Program-made: the position numbers and the translations under genes | Shown: positions 8,961 through 17,317 of the stretch, one piece after another | How positions within the stretch are numbered: position 1 is the stretch's first letter | Layout of the letters: the number at the start of each line of letters is the position of its first letter | Notes under the pieces: generated by a model | Seen by the model: the letters and a program-made list of their open reading frames with translations, nothing else | Told to the model about the DNA's origin: nothing | Databases searched by the model: none | Origin: Candidatus Saccharimonadota bacterium | GTDB lineage: Bacteria > Patescibacteriota > Gracilibacteria > UBA1369 > 2-02-FULL-48-14 | Assembly: GCA_016699145.1 (NCBI GenBank) | Contig: CP064962.1 | Location: 1,050,001 to 1,082,000, forward strand | DNA: 32,000 nt | Reading direction: 5' to 3'

Positions 8961-9896
8961 GTTTTGTAATCAATAGCTTTGCATCACTTCGTTAGGAGTT
9001 AGCATGTGAAGACCCATGTGAGGACGTTCAAAATTGTAATAGTGAAGGAAGTCAGGGATTGCTTTTTTTGTAAGCCTCTAAAGTCTTTGGGACTCGGGAG
9101 AGGCATTCCTCCTGGATGGTTCTGTTGAATCTCTCCACATAGGCATTGTCTGTGGGTGTTCGTACTCTTGAATGCCTGTGCTGAATTTCATTAGCTACAA
9201 GCGTTTTAGTGAGCCACTTGGAAAACTCACTTCCATGGTCTGTCTGGATCATTTTAAGTTCAAAGGGCATGTCTTCTTGTGAGTGCTGAATAAACTCCCA
9301 ACTTGCGTGGGTTCCAATCTTCATCACCGGCATAGCAGAGGCCCATCTGCTGCACACGTCCAGCATAGTGTATACATAAAGTCTGTCATAATAAGGCCCA
9401 TCCACAATCGTGTCTATTTGCACCAATATGCCTGGTTTTTCAGGCCGCGGTCTTTCCTCATACTGGTGCCACTTCTTCCACTTGCTGTATTTGGTCATCT
9501 CGTTCCTTTTGAGTGTTCTCTTCACACTGGAAAGACTCACTTCGTAGCCATCTCTTTCCAGAAAATAGTGAATCACTTCTGCACACCGCTGGTACTTGAG
9601 TCTGTACTCTATGACTTTCTGCACTGTCTCTGCAGAAAGCTCACTGGGGTGCGAATGGGGACGTGAGCTTTCTGTGGGAATGGTGTGGCCATAGTTATTG
9701 CCTCTGAGCTTTTCCACCCACCGCACAATGCTGCTTTGGTTAAAACCTGTGTGTCTGGCCACTTCGCGTGTGCTCCAGCCTTTTTCCAGAACTAACTTTG
9801 CTGCCTCCATTCGCACCCGAGGCAGATGGGGATTTTGTGTGTATGCCATGTCCATATCTTTGCACAGGGGTGATGCAAAGCTATTGAACCATTACA
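8961..9896 (-). mobile_element. IS481-like insertion sequence nested inside the IS4-like transposase gene (~936 bp)
   Basis: Imperfect 27-bp terminal inverted repeats with an 18-bp perfect core: caatagctttgcatcac at 8971-8987 and gtgatgcaaagctattg at 9870-9886; outer end TGTAAT/ATTACA. 6-bp duplication GGGTCT at 8955-8960 and 9897-9902. Ends are uncertain by a few bp. Confidence 0.8.
9052..9855 (-). CDS. IS481-family transposase (HTH plus rve/DDE integrase core)
   Basis: 267 aa. N-terminal HTH (GWSTREVARHTGFNQSSIVRW). DDE contexts LVQIDT, MIQTDHGSEF, DNAYVERFNRTIQEE. Confidence 0.8.
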   Translation of the reverse strand: MDMAYTQNPHLPRVRMEAAKLVLEKGWSTREVARHTGFNQSSIVRWVEKLRGNNYGHTIPTESSRPHSHPSELSAETVQKVIEYRLKYQRCAEVIHYFLERDGYEVSLSSVKRTLKRNEMTKYSKWKKWHQYEERPRPEKPGILVQIDTIVDGPYYDRLYVYTMLDVCSRWASAMPVMKIGTHASWEFIQHSQEDMPFELKMIQTDHGSEFSKWLTKTLVANEIQHRHSRVRTPTDNAYVERFNRTIQEECLSRVPKTLEAYKKSNP

Positions 9897-9901
9897 GGGT
9901 C

Positions 9902-10438
9902 TTGATTTCTGTGAAAGAGTTGCCTGAAGGAAGCTACGAAGTGTTTTTGATGAAAAATGGAAAAGTGCTTGGGGATCTTTGCCACAATCTGCTCATACGG
10001 AACCATCTGGAAGGGAAAGAACCCATAAGGCTCATCTACTCACTCAAGGATTCATATACTGCAGAGCAGATTGTGAATTTGTATCTGGAAAGATGGGGAA
10101 TTGAAAAGAGTTTTAAGAGAGTGAAGCAAAAGTTCCAGTTGGAGAAAATCCGTGTGCTTAGCCTGAAAAAGTTTATCAATTTGATTGCTCTGACTCAATT
10201 TGCAATGAACCTCTCTGTTCTTATGTTTAGGAAAGTCCAAGCTCTCACTCACAGTCTGGTTACTTCTGTTGTTTCCAACTACAAGGGGTTCATTGCAAAG
10301 AAATCACTCACCTTTAACCTGGAATCTTTCATAACTTTTCTCCAGAATTCTCTACAGTCACTCCAATTTCATGCCCCTCCAAAACGCCAACCCTCCCTCT
10401 TCTCATTCAGGCAACTGAAAAAACTGGGGTCTTTTTAG
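9902..10438 (+). pseudogene. IS4-like DDE transposase, C-terminal fragment
   Basis: The 3' part of ORF 9698..10438 contains the Y-2-R-3-E-6-K signature of IS4-type transposases (YLERWGIEKSFKRVK). Deleting 8961-9902 fuses it in frame to 8330-8960 (KETGV|LISVKELPEG), giving ~388 aa. Confidence 0.75.
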
Positions 10439-11996
10439 TCCAAGCGGATTGACCACATTTGCGACAGGTCGTCTGGTGGAGTGCATAAGGGTTCCGTCGA
10501 GCTAGACGTTTTTCGTGACGCACATCTGGATGCAGGCTCGGGCGGGGCAAACCCATTTGTGCGTAAAACTTGAGCTCTTGTGGAACCAGTCTAAATGTGC
10601 GACCAGACTCGCGGCACTTCACCATATTCTCACCCTCCGCCTCTAGCGGAGCCACTTCTTCCATGTCGTGCCAGTGATACCCTTGGGCAAGCGCTTGTTC
10701 TTTAGTGAGAGGCTGAAGGAGCATCGCGCAACTTTCGTTGTAGCCTACATTTGATAAAGCGGCAGGGAAAAATTCACCCCACTCGCCCGTCTTTCTCATG
10801 TGCTCTACAATCCGTGGCACCAAGGCTTCATACTCTTCTTTGGTGTATTGCTTATTCAAAATACAGTAAGCATTTTTCTTCATGCCGATGCAGCCGAACA
10901 AATTCTGATTTCCGTTGTAAACGACCATCGAATAATAGACATCGCTGTTGCCACCGATCACCGCATAAGAAAAATAGACCCCGTTATTCATCCCATGGGA
11001 CAGCACCTCGTAACCCACTTCCGCCTTGGTGGCAAAGTCCACATCCATAAGATCTTTGGAGCCTTCAGCTTGAGTGACATTACGCAAGTCTTCCCCATCC
11101 ACAATATCGAAGGAATAATGAATGTTGCGACTGCCAAAGACGTAACTTCCCACCACATTTTCCGAATTAAAAATATTCAGTGCCCGCACAGGAGATTTTT
11201 TTTGATGCTCCTCAAAAGCATGACGTGCACGTTCATACGACTCCGCAGTTCCATCCAAATACTCCGCGATTCTTTTTTGATATTCTTCCTTATTCAGTGG
11301 CTGGTTGAAGAAATAATATTGTTTTTGAGCGAGTCCCACACATCCAAAACAATCACTGCATCCACTCATGTCCGCACAAAAATAAAGATCATGGCAGCCC
11401 TTAGAGCGCTCGGTAGCCATACAGTGATAGCAAGCTTGGCAGTCAATGCATTCGTAACAAAGCTCACAAGAATTGATGTCATAACAATCCATCGAAGAAC
11501 GCGACTGAATAGCCATGTAGCTATAATAAATATCCTCGGAATTCATGAGACGAGAAGACAAAAAGCTGTTCCGACTTTGTAAAGTGAAGGCCGTGTAATC
11601 GCAGTTTTCAGAGTTCACCACCGAAGAAGCAGGCCGGGGTACCACTTTTGAGAGCTCAGCAAATTGTTCAAAAAAGGGACGACTGAAATCGAACTCTCGC
11701 CCATAAGCCAGTGGATCGTAGGCATCGCTCCACCACACATCGATGGCATAGATGGGGTACTCCTTGTCGGGCGAATTAATAGAAATAATATCTCGTCCGG
11801 TCTTGCTGCACTTACGCTTGTAGAGGTGTCTATCGTTTCGGAAAGAATAACGGCGTTGTCGGCGGCACGGGGCACAGAGTCGAGGCTCCGGAATATCCAG
11901 TCGCTGGCCCGCCAGCGAGGGTGTGATTTTCTTAAGGAATTCCTCATCTTGAGGCGTCCATTCAAAGTTCAACTCGCAATGAATACAATTTTTCAT
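10407..11996 (-). CDS. Cys-rich paralog family protein P5, 3'-truncated by the IS insertion (reads into the IS end)
   Basis: ORF 10407..12017, with the likely ATG at 11996 (MKNCIHCELNF). Family blocks are present. The C-terminus ...CRKCGQSAWTKKTPVFSVA* departs from the family consensus exactly at the IS boundary. The second half of the core has lost most of its cysteines. Confidence 0.8.
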   Translation of the reverse strand: MKNCIHCELNFEWTPQDEEFLKKITPSLAGQRLDIPEPRLCAPCRRQRRYSFRNDRHLYKRKCSKTGRDIISINSPDKEYPIYAIDVWWSDAYDPLAYGREFDFSRPFFEQFAELSKVVPRPASSVVNSENCDYTAFTLQSRNSFLSSRLMNSEDIYYSYMAIQSRSSMDCYDINSCELCYECIDCQACYHCMATERSKGCHDLYFCADMSGCSDCFGCVGLAQKQYYFFNQPLNKEEYQKRIAEYLDGTAESYERARHAFEEHQKKSPVRALNIFNSENVVGSYVFGSRNIHYSFDIVDGEDLRNVTQAEGSKDLMDVDFATKAEVGYEVLSHGMNNGVYFSYAVIGGNSDVYYSMVVYNGNQNLFGCIGMKKNAYCILNKQYTKEEYEALVPRIVEHMRKTGEWGEFFPAALSNVGYNESCAMLLQPLTKEQALAQGYHWHDMEEVAPLEAEGENMVKCRESGRTFRLVPQELKFYAQMGLPRPSLHPDVRHEKRLARRNPYALHQTTCRKCGQSAWTKKTPVFSVA

Positions 11997-12222
11997 TATA
12001 TTCAGCCTAGCAAACATTTCAGGGATTTGTCAGGAGCTTTTCGGTACAATCTGAAATGCTTAACCTTTACACATGAAAACAAGATGTTCACGTTGGACCA
12101 CGCGAAAGGAAGCCAAAGATAAAAATGGCTACCGTCATCCCCAAGTCAAAAGGCAAGAGTTAAAAATGAATCAAGAAGAGCAGGAGGTTTACTTGAAGGG
12201 TAATTTTCAGTATCTTAAATCC

Positions 12223-12483
12223 ATGCAAAGTTCTATCCTCAATTATTTAGTTTTCTTCAAAGAAGAACCCGAAGGAGGTTTTACAGTTCTTGTGCCAAGT
12301 TTGCAAGGATGCGTTAGCTACGGAGAGAATCTGGAAGAAGCCAAAAGAATGGCTGAGGAAGCTATATTGCTTTACATAGAAGATTTGATTGAATCTGGAG
12401 AAGAGGTGCCTTCCGATGAAAAAGCTTTTTCCTTGTCCATAAAAATCACCAAACCAGCCAAGAGAAAAGAACAATATGCCTAA
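12223..12483 (+). CDS. hicB: HicB-family antitoxin (UPF0150-type)
   Basis: YLVFFKEEPEGGFTVLVPSLQGCVSYGENLEEAKRMAEEAILLYIEDL matches the HicB N-terminal domain pattern. Overlaps hicA by 8 nt. The start is uncertain (ATG at 12223, 12166 or 12073). Confidence 0.7.
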   Translation: MQSSILNYLVFFKEEPEGGFTVLVPSLQGCVSYGENLEEAKRMAEEAILLYIEDLIESGEEVPSDEKAFSLSIKITKPAKRKEQYA

Positions 12484-12688
12484 ATTGCCCACTTTTAATT
12501 CCAAGGAACTCATTGGCTTCCTTGAAAAGATAGGTTTTGTAATTCGACGAACTTCAGGAAGTCACGTCATTTTGTTTAACGAAAAAAAGAAACGTCGTGC
12601 AGTTGTTCCATTCCATAAGAAAGAATTGCCTCGAGGAACGCTCCATTCTATTTTGAAAGAGGCAGGAGTTTCAAAAAAAGATCTTTAG
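12476..12688 (+). CDS. hicA: HicA-family mRNA interferase toxin (YcfA-like)
   Basis: 70 aa: MPKLPTFNSKELIGFLEKIGFVIRRTSGSHVILFNEKKKRRAVVPFHKKELPRGTLHSILKEAGV. This shows the characteristic HicA length and the G-S-H and P-H-...-L-...-G-T motifs. Confidence 0.8.
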   Translation: MPKLPTFNSKELIGFLEKIGFVIRRTSGSHVILFNEKKKRRAVVPFHKKELPRGTLHSILKEAGVSKKDL

Positions 12689-12703
12689 AGGCCATCTCAA
12701 AAA

Positions 12704-14353
12704 TCAGTACACCACTCCCAAATAACACTCCTCGCAGTACACGATTTCAGGTTGTTCTGGGGCATAAGAAGTATGAATGGATTTTCCGCAGCGGACACAA
12801 TTTCGCTCCCACGTTTGGATAGGGTTTCGAAGCGCGATGCGCATTTCGTTGCGCGTCTCAGGTGCATAGTGAGGAATAGGAACGCCCATCTTGCGATAGA
12901 AAGCCAATTCTTGAAGGATGATGCGATACGGTCGCCCCGTTTTTTCACAAACTAAAGCAGAATCTAAAATGGAATCGGTGACTGCACTCAAAGCATCTGG
13001 GATGAAAGGGGCATTCGCAAGGTCATGTTTTTCTTCATTCAACCACTGATAGCCCTGAGCCAAAGCCTCTTCCTTTGTGAGAGGATAGTAGTCCTGAGCG
13101 ACCGTTTCATTGTAAGCAAATTTAGAATTTTGAATTGGGAAAAATTCACCCCACTCACCAGTCTTTTTCATGTGCTCGACGATGCGAGGCACCAGAGTTT
13201 CATACTCTTCTTTGCTGTACTGCTTGTTGAGGATGCAATACTGCGCTCGCTTCATATTGCAGCAGCCAAAAAGGTTTGAAGAATGCACCACCATGTCGCA
13301 ATAATAAGTGTCTTGAGAGGACCAAGAGAAAGTGCAGAAGGCACAGCGACTGCCTTCAATAGATCCGACCATTTCGTAATAAAGTTCAGCCTTGTAACCC
13401 GCATGATCGCAACTCAAAACATCATGGATGCCCCAGCCGCCAAAAAAGATGTCTTTGCAATCCTCAGCAGGCCCATCAATCCCAAAACAATTCTGACAAT
13501 TTTTAGCATTCGTCACAAAGTCTCCCGTGCAGTTTTCAGCATTGACCATACGCGCGTAGCGATGCGGAAATTGTAGGCGAAATTTTTCAAATTCACTTTT
13601 GAGATATTGCACACTTTTCCACGAAAGCAAATCGTACTGACTCACGATGCGTTGGTATTCTTCGGGGGAGTAAGGCTTATTGAAAATATGATGCTTTTTG
13701 TTGATGAGACCCACGCATCCAAAACAATCTTCACAATTGCGACATTCATATAAAAAAGCGCTGTTACGACAACTCACGGAACCTCGTGAGTAGCGCAGGG
13801 AGTAAGAGCTGTGACAATCCACGCAGTCGTACATCAGCTCACAACTGGTGCACCAATAGCAGTCCACATTGTCCACTCCCTTCATGGAGAAAACACTGTA
13901 AAGAGAATCTTGGGAGTAATCTCCGCCGAAGACCAAGTAACAGTTTTTATTGCCTGTAGTCACATTGCAAAACTCACTATTTTCACCGTTCACATTGATA
14001 AGTCCAATGTGTGGAACGGCCAATTGCAGTTCGCGAAATTGCTCAAAAAAAGGACGGTTGAAATCAAAATCGCGACCATAACTTTTAGAGTCCCATTGAT
14101 CGCTCCACCATGCTTCTTGTGAGTAAACTTTAAAAGGCTTGTCCGGCGAATACACAGAGACCATCGGTTTTCCGGTGAGCGCACAAATGTCTTTATAAAT
14201 CTTCCGCTCATTACGATATGAAAGGCGTCGTCGATGTCGCTCTTCAATACTCAAAGTTGGGGTAGGGATCGCATAAAGAAATTTATTGAGCAGAGCCAGT
14301 TCCCAATCACTGACATCGAAAGATTTTCCGGTGATTTTGCAGATTCTTTGCAT
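12704..14353 (-). CDS. Cys-rich paralog family protein P6 (549 aa), function unknown
   Basis: ORF 12704..14353 with an ATG start (MQRICKITGKSF). Colinear with P1-P5. Starts 4 nt after the stop of the upstream flavoprotein gene. Confidence 0.85.
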   Translation of the reverse strand: MQRICKITGKSFDVSDWELALLNKFLYAIPTPTLSIEERHRRRLSYRNERKIYKDICALTGKPMVSVYSPDKPFKVYSQEAWWSDQWDSKSYGRDFDFNRPFFEQFRELQLAVPHIGLINVNGENSEFCNVTTGNKNCYLVFGGDYSQDSLYSVFSMKGVDNVDCYWCTSCELMYDCVDCHSSYSLRYSRGSVSCRNSAFLYECRNCEDCFGCVGLINKKHHIFNKPYSPEEYQRIVSQYDLLSWKSVQYLKSEFEKFRLQFPHRYARMVNAENCTGDFVTNAKNCQNCFGIDGPAEDCKDIFFGGWGIHDVLSCDHAGYKAELYYEMVGSIEGSRCAFCTFSWSSQDTYYCDMVVHSSNLFGCCNMKRAQYCILNKQYSKEEYETLVPRIVEHMKKTGEWGEFFPIQNSKFAYNETVAQDYYPLTKEEALAQGYQWLNEEKHDLANAPFIPDALSAVTDSILDSALVCEKTGRPYRIILQELAFYRKMGVPIPHYAPETRNEMRIALRNPIQTWERNCVRCGKSIHTSYAPEQPEIVYCEECYLGVVY

Positions 14354-14357
14354 AAAT

Positions 14358-15644
14358 TTAAATAGGCCACTTATTAAATAAATCCCGCACCAAACTCAGC
14401 GCATACTTCATAAGCAAGGGGAAATTCCTCCACTTGAGCACCACCGAAATCAGACTTTTGTTACGATCTTTGCTGTCACAAAATTGGTAGAGGAAACTTT
14501 CTTTTTCACGTTCAATCACCTTCCATAGAGCAAAGAAACTGCGATTGCTCTTCATGCGTTCCCAAATGAAACGATACAGAACTTGCTTGCGATAATAGCG
14601 CATCAATCGGCCATACTTTTGAATCTCCGAATGAAAGCGTCCTAGTGCCGCACGATCCCCCTTCAAATGCTCCGAAATCAACTTGGCACTCACCATTCCA
14701 GAAACCAGCGCGCCCTTGATGCCATCTGCCGCAAAAGCGCCACAAAGTCCAGCGGCATCACCCAGCAAAAGCGAGTGTTCATCATGAACCGTTTTTAAAG
14801 GCCCACCAATGGGGATCAAATGTCCAAAAGTCAAAATTTCTTTAGTGCCAGGCTCGATTTCAATCATCTTTTTCTCTTTTAAAACTTCAATAAAATCTTT
14901 GATTCGGCCGATGTCTTTGGAGTCTTCTTTGAGCTTTGCAAGCCCCAAACGAAAAGCTGCTTTACCATCGATTTCCGTTGGAGAAAGCCACCCTCCGTAA
15001 CCCAGCGAAAACTCTCCAAACCAAAAATGGTAGACCGTAAGATCTGGATGAGGACCAAGCATGATTTTTCCGTAAAAAACTTTCTCCACACCCGCCAAAA
15101 ATTCCTTGTTTTTGGAGAGCCGAGGATTCACCTGCGCTACTCGCGACAAACTTCCATCTGCACCCACAATAAAGCGCGCCTGTACTTCGTGACGTGTGCC
15201 ATCATTCACGTACAAAACGCGCACCGGATGCTCGGCCTCCGTCGGCACTCGCTGCTGTTCGCCTGCTTCCACCTTATATTCCGTGAATTGCGATGCAATT
15301 TTTAAAGTCACATTCGAAGGCAAATTTTTAGATAAATGCTCCAAAATTGCAGGTGTATCGGTACTATAAATCCATGGGTCTTTGGTGTGCGAAAAAAAGT
15401 AATGTTCGTAGTCGGGAGCCACCACACCAATGGTCGTGATGCGATTGGGAATGTATCGATCCAGCTCCGGCAAAAAAGATTTCAAAAGTTGATAAGTGTG
15501 CTCGGTAATCAGCCCCGTCGATTCCACGGATTGATTGAGCTCGCGTTTCATGTCCAAAATCAGCACTTTCAAATGAGAAGGCAGATGGTGGGCGAGACTC
15601 AGCCCGGCAAAACTGGCCCCAATGATGACGACGTCATACTGCAT
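14358..15644 (-). CDS. FAD-dependent oxidoreductase, geranylgeranyl-reductase-like
   Basis: N-terminal dinucleotide fold MQYDVVIIGASFAGLSLA, later LLLGDAAGLCGAFAADGIKGA (GDAAG motif). 428 aa. Confidence 0.7.
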   Translation of the reverse strand: MQYDVVIIGASFAGLSLAHHLPSHLKVLILDMKRELNQSVESTGLITEHTYQLLKSFLPELDRYIPNRITTIGVVAPDYEHYFFSHTKDPWIYSTDTPAILEHLSKNLPSNVTLKIASQFTEYKVEAGEQQRVPTEAEHPVRVLYVNDGTRHEVQARFIVGADGSLSRVAQVNPRLSKNKEFLAGVEKVFYGKIMLGPHPDLTVYHFWFGEFSLGYGGWLSPTEIDGKAAFRLGLAKLKEDSKDIGRIKDFIEVLKEKKMIEIEPGTKEILTFGHLIPIGGPLKTVHDEHSLLLGDAAGLCGAFAADGIKGALVSGMVSAKLISEHLKGDRAALGRFHSEIQKYGRLMRYYRKQVLYRFIWERMKSNRSFFALWKVIEREKESFLYQFCDSKDRNKSLISVVLKWRNFPLLMKYALSLVRDLFNKWPI

Positions 15645-15650
15645 GGGCGC

Positions 15651-15679
15651 AGTCTAAAGCTCAAAAAGGACTCACGCAA
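15651..15679 (-). promoter_or_regulatory. Candidate promoter TTGCGT-17-TAGACT, 6 nt before the flavoprotein ATG (leaderless-type)
   Basis: Reverse complement of 15651-15679, read by eye. No Shine-Dalgarno sequence. Confidence 0.35.
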
Positions 15680-15708
15680 GGCGGTTGCTTTCAGGTTAGA
15701 AATCCCGG

Positions 15709-15714
15709 TATAAT
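15709..15714 (+). promoter_or_regulatory. TATAAT -10 box, 10 nt before the nucleotidyltransferase ATG (leaderless-type)
   Basis: ggTATAATacccacatatATG. The only -35-like hexamer (TTGCTT, 15684-15689) has a long 19-nt spacer. Confidence 0.35.
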
Positions 15715-15724
15715 ACCCACATAT

Positions 15725-17011
15725 ATGAAAACTTTAGTGCTCGCCGCCGGCCGCAGCCGACGGGTGAAACCCATTGAAGACAAAAATTTCCTGAAATTCG
15801 CAGGAAAAACCTTGCTCGAACATCAGCTGGACACTTTAAAACGTGTGGGGCTGACAGACATTCTCATTGTAGGAGGGGCTCACAATGAAGCCCGGCTCGA
15901 AGAAGTGTGCAAACCCTACGGCGCCAAGGTCCTCATTCAAGAAAAAGTGGAGGAGGGAATGGCAGGAGCGGTACTCACCGCTGAACCCGAACTCGTCGCA
16001 GATGAACCTTTGCTCATCATCAGCAGCAACGATGTACTCGCTCAAAGTGCCTTTGAGCTCGTTTTAAAAGCTCAAAGCTCGAACGCCGATGTTCACCTAC
16101 TGGCTTATGAAGTTAAAAATTATTTTCCCGGTGGTTACCTCAAAATGGACGGAAAGCGGATCACAGACATCATTGAAAAACCCGAACCCGGGACAGAGCC
16201 TTCAAATTTGGTGAACATTGTCTTGCACATTTTCAAAAACCCAAAATCCCTTTTCGATGCCCTTCGTGCCGTGAGCAGTGATCGCGACGATCGCTACGAA
16301 GTCGCTCTGCAAAACCTTATGCAAAGCCAAAATTTCGAAGCCGTGCCTTACACTGGATTTTGGCAGCCCATCAAGTTTCCATGGCATGTACTCGACCTCA
16401 TGAATTTCTCCTTCAAAGTCATGGGCAGCCGCATTCATCCTTCCGCTCAAATCGCTGCAACCGCTGTGATCAAAGGCGACGTGGTCATTGAAGAAGGAGT
16501 GAAGATTTTTGACCACGCCAGCGTTGTGGGTCCAGCCTATCTCGGAAAAAACACTGTCGTTGCAAACAACGCCCTCGTGCGTGAATCCATGATCGGGGAC
16601 AATTGCGTCGTCGGTTACTCCACTGAAGTGGCACGCTCTTTCGTTGGCGACGATTGTTGGTTCCACAGCAACTACGTGGGAGACACCGTGATGGGCAACA
16701 ACGTGAGCTTTGGTGCAGGAGCCATTTGCGCCAATCTGCGCCTCGATGAAAAAGAAATTGTTTCCGGTGGACAAAGCAGCGGACGCAATAAACTCGGTCC
16801 CATTCTTGGCGAAAACATTCGCATCGGTGTGCAAACCAGCCTCATGCCGGGCGTGCGCATCGGTTCAAACACTCTAATCACATCGGGACTCATCATCGCA
16901 GAAGACATTGAAGCTGGAAAATTCGTTAGTGGAAAAACCGAGCTCACCATCAAAGACAATCAAGCCCAGCTTCCCATAAACGCAAGGGCCGAGATGAAGA
17001 AAAAGTTTTAG
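15725..17011 (+). CDS. Sugar-phosphate nucleotidyltransferase with a C-terminal left-handed beta-helix (hexapeptide) domain
   Basis: N-terminus MKTLVLAAGRSRRVKP (the LAAGxGxR nucleotidyltransferase signature). The C-terminal half is rich in [LIV]G-x4 hexapeptide repeats (IGDNCVVGYSTEV..VGDDCWF..VGDTVMGNNVSFGAGA). Confidence 0.75.
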   Translation: MKTLVLAAGRSRRVKPIEDKNFLKFAGKTLLEHQLDTLKRVGLTDILIVGGAHNEARLEEVCKPYGAKVLIQEKVEEGMAGAVLTAEPELVADEPLLIISSNDVLAQSAFELVLKAQSSNADVHLLAYEVKNYFPGGYLKMDGKRITDIIEKPEPGTEPSNLVNIVLHIFKNPKSLFDALRAVSSDRDDRYEVALQNLMQSQNFEAVPYTGFWQPIKFPWHVLDLMNFSFKVMGSRIHPSAQIAATAVIKGDVVIEEGVKIFDHASVVGPAYLGKNTVVANNALVRESMIGDNCVVGYSTEVARSFVGDDCWFHSNYVGDTVMGNNVSFGAGAICANLRLDEKEIVSGGQSSGRNKLGPILGENIRIGVQTSLMPGVRIGSNTLITSGLIIAEDIEAGKFVSGKTELTIKDNQAQLPINARAEMKKKF

Positions 17012-17017
17012 AAGCCT

Positions 17018-17308
17018 CTAATACGCCTGCTCAAAAGTAACATCGCCATTGATTTGACATTGGCAGCCCAGACGAGTGTTCATATCGCTGACCTCCACAC
17101 CGCGCGCTTCCAAGGTGAATTCTTCCTGATCCGTCTTAGGCCCAATGTTTTCAGCGCCGCTTTTGATTTGGATGAGACAAGTGGAACAAATCCCGCTTTC
17201 GCAACCAAAGGCCACATCCAAGTTTTGAGCTTGAGCGACTTCACGAAAATTGGAGCCAGCTTGGCACTGTGCGGTAGCACCGGTCGTAGAATTGGTAATG
17301 GTTGGCAT
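17018..17308 (-). CDS. 2Fe-2S ferredoxin
   Basis: 96 aa. Ligand pattern C-x4-C-x2-C...C (GCESGICSTC ... LGCQC). Confidence 0.7.
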   Translation of the reverse strand: MPTITNSTTGATAQCQAGSNFREVAQAQNLDVAFGCESGICSTCLIQIKSGAENIGPKTDQEEFTLEARGVEVSDMNTRLGCQCQINGDVTFEQAY

Positions 17309-17317
17309 AGAAAAAAG

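Larger units (their letters stand above)
8219..10438 (+). mobile_element. IS4-superfamily insertion sequence (about 1278 bp before it was itself hit by a second IS)
   Basis: Terminal inverted repeats ctaaaaagaccccagtttt (8219-8237) and aaaactggggtctttttag (10420-10438). 7-bp direct target duplication TCCAAGC at 8212-8218 and 10439-10445. Confidence 0.85.

Noticed and set aside
9698-9901. The 5' part of ORF 9698..10438 (MPLSFSTHRTMLLWLKPVCLATSR...).
   Set aside because: It is antisense to the IS481-type transposase and crosses the IS boundary. Only the part from about 9902 onward is real coding sequence (the C-terminal half of the interrupted IS4-like transposase).
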